Source: a bacterium
Lineage (GTDB): Bacteria > Planctomycetota > UBA1135 > GCA-002686595
Reading direction: 5' to 3'
Assembly (NCBI GenBank): GCA_030426745.1
Contig: JAUHYB010000029.1
Span: 3,950 to 19,949, forward strand
DNA length: 16,000 bases
Under the pieces are notes generated by a model. That model ran no database searches and was not told the origin of the DNA. It was given only the letters and a program-made list of their open reading frames with translations. How positions within the stretch are numbered: position 1 is the stretch's first letter; each line of letters begins with the position of its first letter. The translations under genes and the position numbers were made by a program. Positions 7,261 through 14,031 of this stretch are shown here, piece by piece.

Positions 7261-9192
7261 ATGCTCGCGTTCCTCGTTCTCACCGCGCTCGGGATTCACG
7301 GGGCGCCTACGCGCCTCGCGCAGTCGTCGGCGATCGTCGACGCCGGGATCGAAGTCGAGACCGACGCCGACAGCAGCACGCCGACGGCGCTGCACGTCCG
7401 CATCCTGGAGAGTCCCGTGAACGCCGTCCCGATGGGCGGCGCGTTCGTCTGGTCGTACGCGAGCCTGCGCGGCGCGTCGGGCGGTTCGGCGCTCGCGGTC
7501 GACCTCGGCACGCACCGCGCGCAGGCGGACGGGACCGTGCGGATCGACCTCGCGCCGCTGTCGGACGTCCCGCCGCTCGACCGGGCGGTCTGTCAGGTGC
7601 GCGTCGCCGCCTACCGGGACGGAGTCTTCGCGGAGAAGTGGTTCACCTTCGACGAGTTGCTCGCGGAACCGCGCGCGCGCGGCAGCGCGGTCTTCGGCAG
7701 GACACCCGATCGCGGCGAGCCCTTCCGCGTCGGCCGCGTCGTCAACGAGTCCGGTCGGCCCGTGGAAGGTGTCGAAGTGGTGCGCGTCGGACGGGACGCG
7801 GCCACCGGTGCCTGGGACGAGCGCGACGGTTGTTGCGGAGGACGGAGCGATGCGCTCGGCTACTTCGTCGCGCGCGTTCCCGAGGGCGACGCTGAGTGCC
7901 TCGCGGTCGTCGATCCGGTCCACGGCACGGGGTGGGTCGCCGCCTCGCCGAACGTGTCGTCGTCGACGATCGTCTTGCGACGCACCGGCGCCGAGACCAC
8001 GGGGCGCATCGTCGACGCGGCGGGGGATGGCGTGCCGTTCGCGAGGTTCGTGATCGTTGGTGTCGCGGAAGAGTCGGACGGCGCCGACGCGTTCGGACGG
8101 CGATCGGTCGGCGACGGCGTCGCGCACTTCCTCGATGAATACGAGCTGATCGCCGACGAGCGCGGCGCGTTCCGCCTGTTCCTGCCCGCGGGCAGCAGCT
8201 GGTGGATTCTCTCTGAGGGGCACGAGGATGCGGGGAGCGCGGACCCGCTGATCGTCCGCGCGGGAACCGCCGACTCGACGGTGTCGTTCGGCGCGACGCG
8301 CGTGCGCGTCCGGCTGCGTGACGAAGCGGGGCGACACTTGAATGGAGTCACGCCGCGGCTCCACCGGTTGGGTCTCGACGCGCGCGCGCTGCCGGGCGAC
8401 GCGCGGGCCGTCGTCTCGCGGGGCATGGGGACCACGCCGACTTCCGATCCCGACGGCGGGTGGAGCCTGGTGCTCGAGGACGACGCGCCCCTGCAGATCG
8501 CCGTGTGGCGCGAGTCCGGCGACCGGTGGTTCGTCGGCAGCGTCGTCGTCCGCCCGCGCATCGGCCGCACGACCGACGCGACGGTCGTCGTGCGCGACGT
8601 CGCGCGCGCGCAACCGCTCGACCTCATGTTCGTCGACGCCGACGGTCGCGCCGTCTCGGACTGGACGGCCCGCCTGCTCGACGCGGAGACGGAGCGGATG
8701 CTGATCACCTTCGACGCGGACGGCGTGGTGCACGCGACGTGCTTCGGCCTGGTCGGCTACGGCGATCCGCGGCTGCCGGTCGGCGCGTACCGCGTCGCGA
8801 TCGAGGCGGAGCCGACCTCGTTCGTGTTGCCCGCGACGGCGGACGTCCACGCGAGCGCGACGGAACGGACGCTACGCTCGTTGCGCTCGCCCGGCTTCGG
8901 CGGTCGCCTGCTCGCGAGCGCGGACTCCGCCGGATGGGACGGCATCGCGGAGCCCGCGCCGATCCTGGAGCTCGTCCCCGGCGACGGCGTCGACGGCGGG
9001 GCGCGCGCCGTTCGCTGGACGAGGCGGGCGAACGGCGGCGGCACGTCGGCATCGATGATCGCCGACGCCCTCCTCGAACCCGGCACCTGGTCGTACACCC
9101 TCCGCGCGCCGGACGGCGCGGCGCTCGCGGCGGGCACGGTCGAGATCCGGGCGCGCGCGGAGACGGTCCTGGCGGTCGAGATCGAGCGGTAG
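7261..9192 (+). CDS. Secreted multi-domain protein with carboxypeptidase-regulatory-like (prealbumin-fold) repeats, 643 aa
   Basis: ATG 7261 is the first start after an in-frame TGA at 7228. The N-terminus is hydrophobic (MLAFLVLTALGIHGAPTRLAQSSA) but has no basic n-region, so the signal peptide call is tentative. Recurrent modules resemble CarboxypepD_reg-type beta-sandwiches: GRVVNESGRPVEGVEVV...SDALGYFVARVPEG; GRIVDAAGDGVPFARFVI...ADERGAFRLFLPAG; VRLRDEAGRHLNGV...SDPDGGWSLVLE; LMFVDADGRAVSDW...PVGAYRVAIEA. Amino-acid composition is balanced and GC3 is high, unlike the antisense ORFs. Confidence 0.75.
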   Translation: MLAFLVLTALGIHGAPTRLAQSSAIVDAGIEVETDADSSTPTALHVRILESPVNAVPMGGAFVWSYASLRGASGGSALAVDLGTHRAQADGTVRIDLAPLSDVPPLDRAVCQVRVAAYRDGVFAEKWFTFDELLAEPRARGSAVFGRTPDRGEPFRVGRVVNESGRPVEGVEVVRVGRDAATGAWDERDGCCGGRSDALGYFVARVPEGDAECLAVVDPVHGTGWVAASPNVSSSTIVLRRTGAETTGRIVDAAGDGVPFARFVIVGVAEESDGADAFGRRSVGDGVAHFLDEYELIADERGAFRLFLPAGSSWWILSEGHEDAGSADPLIVRAGTADSTVSFGATRVRVRLRDEAGRHLNGVTPRLHRLGLDARALPGDARAVVSRGMGTTPTSDPDGGWSLVLEDDAPLQIAVWRESGDRWFVGSVVVRPRIGRTTDATVVVRDVARAQPLDLMFVDADGRAVSDWTARLLDAETERMLITFDADGVVHATCFGLVGYGDPRLPVGAYRVAIEAEPTSFVLPATADVHASATERTLRSLRSPGFGGRLLASADSAGWDGIAEPAPILELVPGDGVDGGARAVRWTRRANGGGTSASMIADALLEPGTWSYTLRAPDGAALAAGTVEIRARAETVLAVEIER

Positions 9193-9219
9193 CGGGCGGG
9201 ACGCGGTAGGCTCGGCACC

Positions 9220-11361
9220 ATGAGTTTCCCGCTCTGTCTGCTCGCGTCGATCCTCGCCGTTCTCGGAGTCCCGCGCGGCCTCGCCTTCGCTTCCGTCGAG
9301 ACGTCGACGGCGCACGCTCAGGATGCCGCTGGGGACGAACGCTGTCCGGTCGGCGACGACGCGCCGCAGGACGCCGACGACACGCCGACCGTCGACGACA
9401 CGAACGCCGCCGTCGTGATCCGCGTGCGCGTCGTCGACGTGCGCGGCGGCGAGGTCCCCGGCGGCTGCTACGTGCAGCTGCGGTCGGGCGAGGAGCGCTA
9501 CGGCCGGCGCACGAACGACGCGGGCGAGGTCGCCTTCCCGTTCGCCGAGGCGCCGTACATGCCGCGCATCGAGGTCCTGCCGGGCGACGGCTGGCGCTGG
9601 TTCCGGCGCCCGCCCTACGGCGTCCTCACGCTCGACACGCCGTACGCGAAGGGCGAGGAGACGCTCACTGTCGAGGTCGCGCGGACCGAGACCGGCGTGG
9701 TGCACGGCCTCGTGCTCGACGACGCGACGGGCGAGCCGCTCGCGGGCTATCGCTTCCGGCTGAGTCGTCCGCCGTTCCCGAAGCCCGAGAGCGGCGCGCC
9801 CATGGAGCTCGAGACCGACGCGCTCGGCCGCTTCCACACGCCCCGCGCGATCCCCGGCGGCCGCTGGAACCTGCGCGCGAACAGCGGCGAATCGATGCCG
9901 ATCGACCTGCCCGGCGGCCAGTGGGACTGCCTGGTGCCGACCGAGGAACGCCCCGACCCCGTCGTGTTGCGCGTGCCCGTCGGCGCGACTTACGACCTCG
10001 AGCTCGAGGGGGCGGTGCCGGACGACCCGACGTCGCTGCGCGCGGTGATCGTCGCGGCGCACGGTCGCGACGCGGGTCCGCGTTGGGAGGCGCCGTTGCG
10101 TGTCACGGACGACCGCGTGTGGGTGCGCTTCGCGCCGGAGGCGTTCGCGACCGACGGCGCCGCCTTCCTCGCGGTGGTCGGGGACGGCGGCTTCCTCGCG
10201 GGCACCGCGTCGCTCGGCGTCGGCGCGCCGCGCCGCGACGGAACCGTGACGGTGACACTGGAGCGCACCGGGTCTTATCGGCTGCACGAGGCGCTCGTCG
10301 GGCCGGACGAGGGGCACGGGGACGACCGCGGGCACGGGCTCCGCTACACCGTCGAACCGCTCGATCCCGCGCTGCTGGACGAGACGACGAACTGGCGCAT
10401 CGGCGAGCGCGCGCACCTGCGGCCGGGTCGCTACCGCTGGACGGCGTGGTCGCGCGCGCACGAGCGGCGCACCGTCGAGTTCGAGGTCGTCGCAGGAGAG
10501 ACCTACGAGCCCGAAGAGCCCCTGACGAAGCTGCCGGAAGGTCGAGTCGTGCGCGGCACGATCGAGTGGGCCGACGAGTCCGTGACGTATCGTTGCTGCG
10601 AGCTGCACGTGCGCTGCTCGACGCTGCCGGTCCGCGACTTCGAGATCCAGTACGACAGCTTCGGCTCCTGCGTCAGGTACACCTCGGTCCATTACGCGTC
10701 GAGCCGGGACGCCGACGGGCGCGTCGCCGAGTTCGAGCTGTCGAGCGTTCCGGACGGTCCGCTCGAGGTGTTCGGCGCGGATCATGTGGGGCGCGTCGCG
10801 GTCGTCGAGCGCAGCACGGACGAGGACGGCGCGCTGCGCTTGCGCATCGTCATGACCGATCCCGCCGTCGGCGAGGGGTTCGGCTTCTCCTTCGAGCCCG
10901 ACGCGCTCGCGCCGCCCTACACGAACTGGCCGACCGTGCACACGCGCGATCTCGCGACCGGCGAGGTCCTGCCGACGCACCGCACGCGCGGCGGCGTCAT
11001 CGACCGTCGCCCGGCCGGGTCGCTGGGGCGCGAGTGGGCGCTCACCCGCGACGGCTGCGCGCCGCTCTACTTCACCGCCGCCGCGTTCGTCCCCGACGCC
11101 TCCGGCCGCGCGATCGTGCCCGCGGTCTTCCGGCCCGGCTGGGGCGCGCGCGTCCGCGTCGTCGACGAGGCGGGCACGCCGATCGCCGGCGCCGCGGTGC
11201 TGGTCGACGGTGTTCTTGCGGCGACCAGCGACGCGGAAGGGTGGTGCACGCTCGAGTCGCCTGTCGCGCCGCTGCGCGTCGTCGCGCGACACGGAGCCGT
11301 CGAACGAGGCGTCGCACCCGGCGGCCCGTGGACCGACGTCGTGCTCCCGCGAGGCGAGTGA
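9220..11361 (+). CDS. Secreted multi-domain protein with carboxypeptidase-regulatory-like repeats, 713 aa
   Basis: ATG 9220. The signal peptide is MSFPLCLLASILAVLGVPRGLAFASVETSTAHAQD. Modules include VRVVDVRGGEVPGGCYVQL...TNDAGEVAFPF; VHGLVLDDATGEPLAGYRFRL...TDALGRFHTPRAIPGGRWNLRA; and VRVVDEAGTPIAGAAVLVDG...SDAEGWCTLES. It starts 27 nt after the previous gene on the same strand. Confidence 0.75.
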   Translation: MSFPLCLLASILAVLGVPRGLAFASVETSTAHAQDAAGDERCPVGDDAPQDADDTPTVDDTNAAVVIRVRVVDVRGGEVPGGCYVQLRSGEERYGRRTNDAGEVAFPFAEAPYMPRIEVLPGDGWRWFRRPPYGVLTLDTPYAKGEETLTVEVARTETGVVHGLVLDDATGEPLAGYRFRLSRPPFPKPESGAPMELETDALGRFHTPRAIPGGRWNLRANSGESMPIDLPGGQWDCLVPTEERPDPVVLRVPVGATYDLELEGAVPDDPTSLRAVIVAAHGRDAGPRWEAPLRVTDDRVWVRFAPEAFATDGAAFLAVVGDGGFLAGTASLGVGAPRRDGTVTVTLERTGSYRLHEALVGPDEGHGDDRGHGLRYTVEPLDPALLDETTNWRIGERAHLRPGRYRWTAWSRAHERRTVEFEVVAGETYEPEEPLTKLPEGRVVRGTIEWADESVTYRCCELHVRCSTLPVRDFEIQYDSFGSCVRYTSVHYASSRDADGRVAEFELSSVPDGPLEVFGADHVGRVAVVERSTDEDGALRLRIVMTDPAVGEGFGFSFEPDALAPPYTNWPTVHTRDLATGEVLPTHRTRGGVIDRRPAGSLGREWALTRDGCAPLYFTAAAFVPDASGRAIVPAVFRPGWGARVRVVDEAGTPIAGAAVLVDGVLAATSDAEGWCTLESPVAPLRVVARHGAVERGVAPGGPWTDVVLPRGE

Positions 11362-11362
11362 G

Positions 11363-11382
11363 TCGCGCGGGGCCCCGGGCGA
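11363..11382. terminator. Short GC hairpin between convergent genes (possible bidirectional terminator)
   Basis: TCGCGCGGGGCCCCGGGCGA is a near-palindrome (10-nt arms, 1 mismatch, centre GGCC). It lies in the 31-nt gap between stop 11359..11361 (+) and stop 11393..11395 (-). There is no U-tract. Confidence 0.25.
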
Positions 11383-11392
11383 GTCGCTGTTC

Positions 11393-11995
11393 TCAGCGCT
11401 GCGGCTTGGACACGCGGATGTGCAGGTTCAGCGGGACGAAGTGGGGGGCGTAAGCGTCTCGCAGCAGCCCCTCCGCTTCTTCTCTGGTCATCCCGGCGAG
11501 GAACACGCGCCCGATCACAGGGAGCAGCACGGTGCCGTCACTCTCGACATAGGACATCTCGGCCTGCAACTCGTGGTTGTAGTCATCCAGTAGCACGATC
11601 GTGTCGTCCCGTTCGACGACGACCGGCTCCAGCGGCAACGCCTCCCGCGAGGACGTCTCGCTCGACTGCAGCGCCGCGACGACGCGCGCGTTCTCTTGAG
11701 CGCGATAGCCGAACCAGACGACGACGGCGGCGAGCAGGGCGGTCGTGGCGAGGTGGAGTCGTTGCAGCATGAGGGGTCCCTTCAGCTTCTGTCTTCGGCA
11801 GGCGCGCGCGGTGCGTTCGAAGTCGCCGAAGCGCAGGCGCGCGAGTTCGCGGGCGTGTCGCGGAGAGCAACCCTCCGCGATCAGGTGGTCCTCGCAGAGC
11901 GCGAGGTGCGACTCGAGTTCCGCGCGGATGTCGGCGTCGACGGCGCGCGCGTCGGTCTCGGTGGGGTACAGGGTGCTGGCGTCGTCCGTGGTCAT
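11393..11995 (-). CDS. PadR-associated membrane protein: ADOP-type 'permease prefix' helical domain, one TM helix, and a Poly_export-like periplasmic domain (200 aa)
   Basis: The start is placed at ATG 11995..11993, which overlaps the padR TGA (ATGA). The 48 upstream codons of track ORF 11393..12139 are Arg-rich and overlap padR. IRAELESHLALCEDHLIAEGCSPRHARELARLRFGDFERTARACRRQ resembles the N-terminal prefix of acidobacterial ADOP/MacB-like permeases (E.L..HL....D.LIA.G.SP.EAR..A...FG......CR). The TM helix is LQRLHLATTALLAAVVVWFGY. The C-terminus, DDTIVLLDDYNHELQAEMSYVESDGTVLLPVIGRVFLAGMTREEAEGLLRDAYAPHFVPLNLHIRV, resembles the Wza-type Poly_export motif (GD.l.i.v...el...v.v..dG.i.lP.iG.v.vaGlT..e.e..i...l). 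Confidence 0.8.
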   Translation of the reverse strand: MTTDDASTLYPTETDARAVDADIRAELESHLALCEDHLIAEGCSPRHARELARLRFGDFERTARACRRQKLKGPLMLQRLHLATTALLAAVVVWFGYRAQENARVVAALQSSETSSREALPLEPVVVERDDTIVLLDDYNHELQAEMSYVESDGTVLLPVIGRVFLAGMTREEAEGLLRDAYAPHFVPLNLHIRVSKPQR

Positions 11996-12342
11996 GCCTC
12001 GGCCGCCTTTCCTCCGAGCACGGCGCCGACGGCGCGCGTCATGCGCAACCACGACTTGCGCGCGTACGCGAGGCGAGTGCGGCCGTCGTCGGTCAGCGCG
12101 TAGAACTTCGCACGCCGGCCGGTGTCGGACAGGCCCCACTCACTGACGATCCAGCCATTGCGCTCCATGCGGTGCAGCGCCGGGTACAGCGATCCTTCCT
12201 CGACCGACAAGGCCTCGTCGCTGCGCTCGCGGATCGACTGCAGGATCGCGTAGCCGTGCTTGCTGCGACGGGAGAGCGTGCGCAGCACCAGCATCTCCAG
12301 CGCCCCGCGGGGCAGTTCGATGCGCTCGGGTTCGTTCGCCAT
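11992..12342 (-). CDS. padR: PadR family transcriptional regulator (116 aa)
   Basis: The start is placed at ATG 12342..12340. MANEPERIELPRGALEMLVLRTLSRRSKHGYAILQSIRERSDEALSVEEGSLYPALHRMERNGWIVSEWGLSDTGRRAKFYALTDDGR is a canonical PadR winged helix (LE.l.L..L......HGY.i...i.......l.v..GsLYPAL.rLE..G.i...W.......r.k.Y.lT..G). The 59 upstream codons of the track ORF are Arg/Pro/Cys-rich and lie past a promoter-like element. Confidence 0.92.
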   Translation of the reverse strand: MANEPERIELPRGALEMLVLRTLSRRSKHGYAILQSIRERSDEALSVEEGSLYPALHRMERNGWIVSEWGLSDTGRRAKFYALTDDGRTRLAYARKSWLRMTRAVGAVLGGKAAEA

Positions 12343-12349
12343 GCGGTCG

Positions 12350-12378
12350 AGTATAGCGCGCCGACCCCTAGCTGGAAA
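12350..12378 (-). promoter_or_regulatory. Sigma70-like promoter for padR, positioned for a leaderless or near-leaderless transcript
   Basis: The minus strand reads TTTCCA (12378..12373), then 17 nt, then TATACT (12355..12350), then CGACCGC, then ATG (12342). The -35 matches TTGACA at 4/6 and the -10 matches TATAAT at 5/6, with ideal 17-nt spacing. Only 7 nt separate the -10 from the start codon, and there is no Shine-Dalgarno sequence. AT-rich hexamers are rare in this GC-rich background. Confidence 0.4.
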
Positions 12379-12389
12379 AGGGGTAGGGG
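12365..12389. promoter_or_regulatory. Inverted repeat CCCCTA-N13-TAGGGG bracketing the padR -35 element (candidate PadR operator)
   Basis: CCCCTA (12365..12370) and TAGGGG (12384..12389) are perfect reverse complements. The putative -35 hexamer (12373..12378) lies between the arms. PadR regulators usually bind inverted repeats at their own promoters; the assignment to this site is inferred. Confidence 0.3.
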
Positions 12390-12596
12390 CGGCGAGCTGC
12401 CGCGGGGGCCGGCAGCACCGCGGATCGCGGCGCGGCACGCACGTCACGAATCCGTGACGCGAACTCCCGCGAGCGCATCCGCGCGGCGACTCGCGGCGGC
12501 TCCACTGTCTGCGAATCACCGTGCGGGCCGCGCGCGCGCCGCTAGAATCGCGGGCCGCCGTAACCCGGACGACCCCCGAGACCTCGAAGGAACGAC

Positions 12597-13064
12597 ATGA
12601 AGCTCTCCGTCACCCTGCCCGCCCTCGCCCTCCTCGCGCTGACCGCCGCCGCGCCGGCGTACGTCGCGAACACCGCGAACACCGCCGCGACCGTCGTCGA
12701 CGGTGACGACCACGAAGCGCTGGAGGAGGCGATGGAGACGCTGAAGGCCGGCCAGCGCGCGGTGAAGAAGGGGATGGACGATCCGGCCGCGAACGAGGCC
12801 GAGCTGATGAAGCACCTCGAGGCGATGGAGGCGGCGACGCTGACCGCGATCCCGCTGCACGCCGAGGCGCCCGAGGGGCTCGCCGGCAAGGACCTCGCCC
12901 GCTGGAAGGTCGGGTACCGCGCCGAGCTGACGAAGCTCCTGACGCAGATCCTGGCGATGCAGGACGCGACGCTCGCCGGCGACGCCGCGGCGCTGAAGAA
13001 GGGCTACGACGCGCTCGTCGAGGTCAAGAAGTCCGGGCACGAGGACTTCCGCGTCGACGATTGA
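12597..13064 (+). CDS. Secreted cytochrome b562-like four-helix-bundle protein (155 aa)
   Basis: AAGGA lies 6 nt upstream of ATG 12597. The signal peptide is MKLSVTLPALALLALTAAAPAYVA. The mature region aligns by eye with E. coli soluble cytochrome b562: LEEAMETLKAGQRAVKK vs LEDNMETLNDNLKVIEK (axial Met, here Met46), KDLARWKVGY vs KDFRHGFD, and VKKSGHEDFR vs TTRNAYHQKYR (axial His, here His148). The Met-His spacing is 102 aa, against 95 aa in E. coli. Confidence 0.8.
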   Translation: MKLSVTLPALALLALTAAAPAYVANTANTAATVVDGDDHEALEEAMETLKAGQRAVKKGMDDPAANEAELMKHLEAMEAATLTAIPLHAEAPEGLAGKDLARWKVGYRAELTKLLTQILAMQDATLAGDAAALKKGYDALVEVKKSGHEDFRVDD

Positions 13065-13990
13065 TGTCGGCGCTCTCGATCGCCGTCGCCCTCGTCGCGG
13101 CGAGCGTCGCTCCGGCGTCGCTCGCACCGACGAGCGCTGAGTACACGGTCGCCGACGCCGCGCCGAGCGCGGACCACGCCGCCGCCGCAACGAGCGCGGC
13201 CGTCGCGCCGCTCGTCCAGGACACGGCCGCCGACGCGCCGGACGTCGCCGCGCTGGCGGCCCTGCTCGACGCGCGCTGCGCGTCCTGCCACGCGCCGGGC
13301 GCGGACGAGCCGAAGGCGCTGAAGAAGTGGGCGGCGGCGCGCGACCTGGTCGCGACGGCGGCCGACCCCGAGCTCGTCGTGCCGGGCGACCCGGACGAGT
13401 CGGAGCTGTTCCTGTCCGTCGACTTCGACGACATGCCGCCGCCGGAGTCGGACGTCGAGCCGCTCTCGGACGACGAGAAGGCGCTGATCGCCGCGTGGAT
13501 CCGCGCGGGCGCGACGGTGCCCGAGGCGCAGCGTCCGGCGGAAGGCGAGGCGGCGCCGGCGAAGGCGGGCGCGCGCACGTCCTCGATCGGCGTCTGGATC
13601 GCGCGCTGGCACCCGCTGGTCGTGCACTTCCCGATCGGCCTGCTCGTCGCGGCCTTCGTCGCCGAGCTGCTGCGCCGCGCGCGCCCGGCGTGGCGCACGG
13701 AACACGCCGCCACCTTCTGCTTCGCGCTGGGCGCGCTCGCTACCGTGCCCGCCGCGGGCCTCGGGTGGTGGCTGGCCGAGCACACCGCGCACGACGCGGA
13801 GGCGCTCGACCTGCACCGCTGGCTGGGCGTGGGCCTCGCGGTCGCGTCGATCGTCGCGTGGGGGATCGCCGCGAAGAAGCCGAACTCGCGCCTCGCCTTG
13901 CTCGCGCTCCTCGCCGCGCTCGTCTCCGCGGCCGGCCACACCGGCGGCGTGCTGACCTACGGCGCGGACTGGCTGGCGCTGCCGTTCTGA
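13064..13990 (+). CDS. Membrane c-type cytochrome: signal/anchor, PSCyt1-like CxxCH heme domain, and DUF2231-like 4-TM domain (308 aa)
   Basis: ATG 13064 overlaps the upstream TGA (TGATG); the track starts 3 nt earlier at TTG 13061. CASCH lies at 13277..13291, within LLDARCASCHAPG...LVVPGDPDESELFLSV..DDMPPPESDVEPLSDDEKALIAAWIRAGA. This resembles the planctomycete cytochrome c (PSCyt1) consensus C..CH...vvpG.p..S.l...v....MP.....Ls..e...i..WI..GA. The C-terminal half has 4 predicted TM helices with WHPLVVHFPIGLL and AAGHTGGVLTYG, typical of DUF2231. Confidence 0.85.
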   Translation: MSALSIAVALVAASVAPASLAPTSAEYTVADAAPSADHAAAATSAAVAPLVQDTAADAPDVAALAALLDARCASCHAPGADEPKALKKWAAARDLVATAADPELVVPGDPDESELFLSVDFDDMPPPESDVEPLSDDEKALIAAWIRAGATVPEAQRPAEGEAAPAKAGARTSSIGVWIARWHPLVVHFPIGLLVAAFVAELLRRARPAWRTEHAATFCFALGALATVPAAGLGWWLAEHTAHDAEALDLHRWLGVGLAVASIVAWGIAAKKPNSRLALLALLAALVSAAGHTGGVLTYGADWLALPF

Positions 13991-14031
13991 GCGGTTGCCC
14001 GAAGGTACCCACGGGCAGGCGCGGCGCTCAG
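13987..14031. terminator. Two-tier hairpin between convergent genes whose outer stem includes both stop codons
   Basis: The outer stem pairs CTGAGCG (13987..13993, containing TGA 13988..13990) with CGCTCAG (14025..14031, containing tca 14028..14030). The inner stem pairs TGCCCG (13996..14001) with CGGGCA (14012..14017). There is no U-tract. Confidence 0.3.

Noticed and set aside
4795-7283. Minus-strand ORFs 4795..6027 (410 aa) and 5886..7283 (465 aa)
   Set aside because: They are antisense shadows of cydA and cydB, with extreme Arg/Glu/Asp/Gly composition. The plus strand carries unambiguous CydA/CydB signatures.
7249-11453. Long ORFs 7249..8850 (-), 8872..11292 (-, 806 aa), 9921..11453 (+, 510 aa), plus 7227..7895 and 8460..9209 (+)
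   Set aside because: All are Arg-rich, low-complexity shadow frames overlapping the two secreted beta-sandwich protein genes. None has a signal peptide, TM pattern or domain motif.
12543-12548. TAGAAT as the -10 of the cytochrome b562 operon promoter
   Set aside because: It is not listed as a feature because no acceptable -35 lies at 16-18 nt (CGTGCG/GTGCGG) and there is no extended -10 TG. It is kept only as a note within the control-region finding.
13004-13941. Minus-strand ORFs of 305-311 aa, and plus-strand 13327..14184
   Set aside because: They are shadow frames of the c-heme/DUF2231 gene. The chosen frame contains CASCH, the PSCyt1-like consensus and four clean TM helices.
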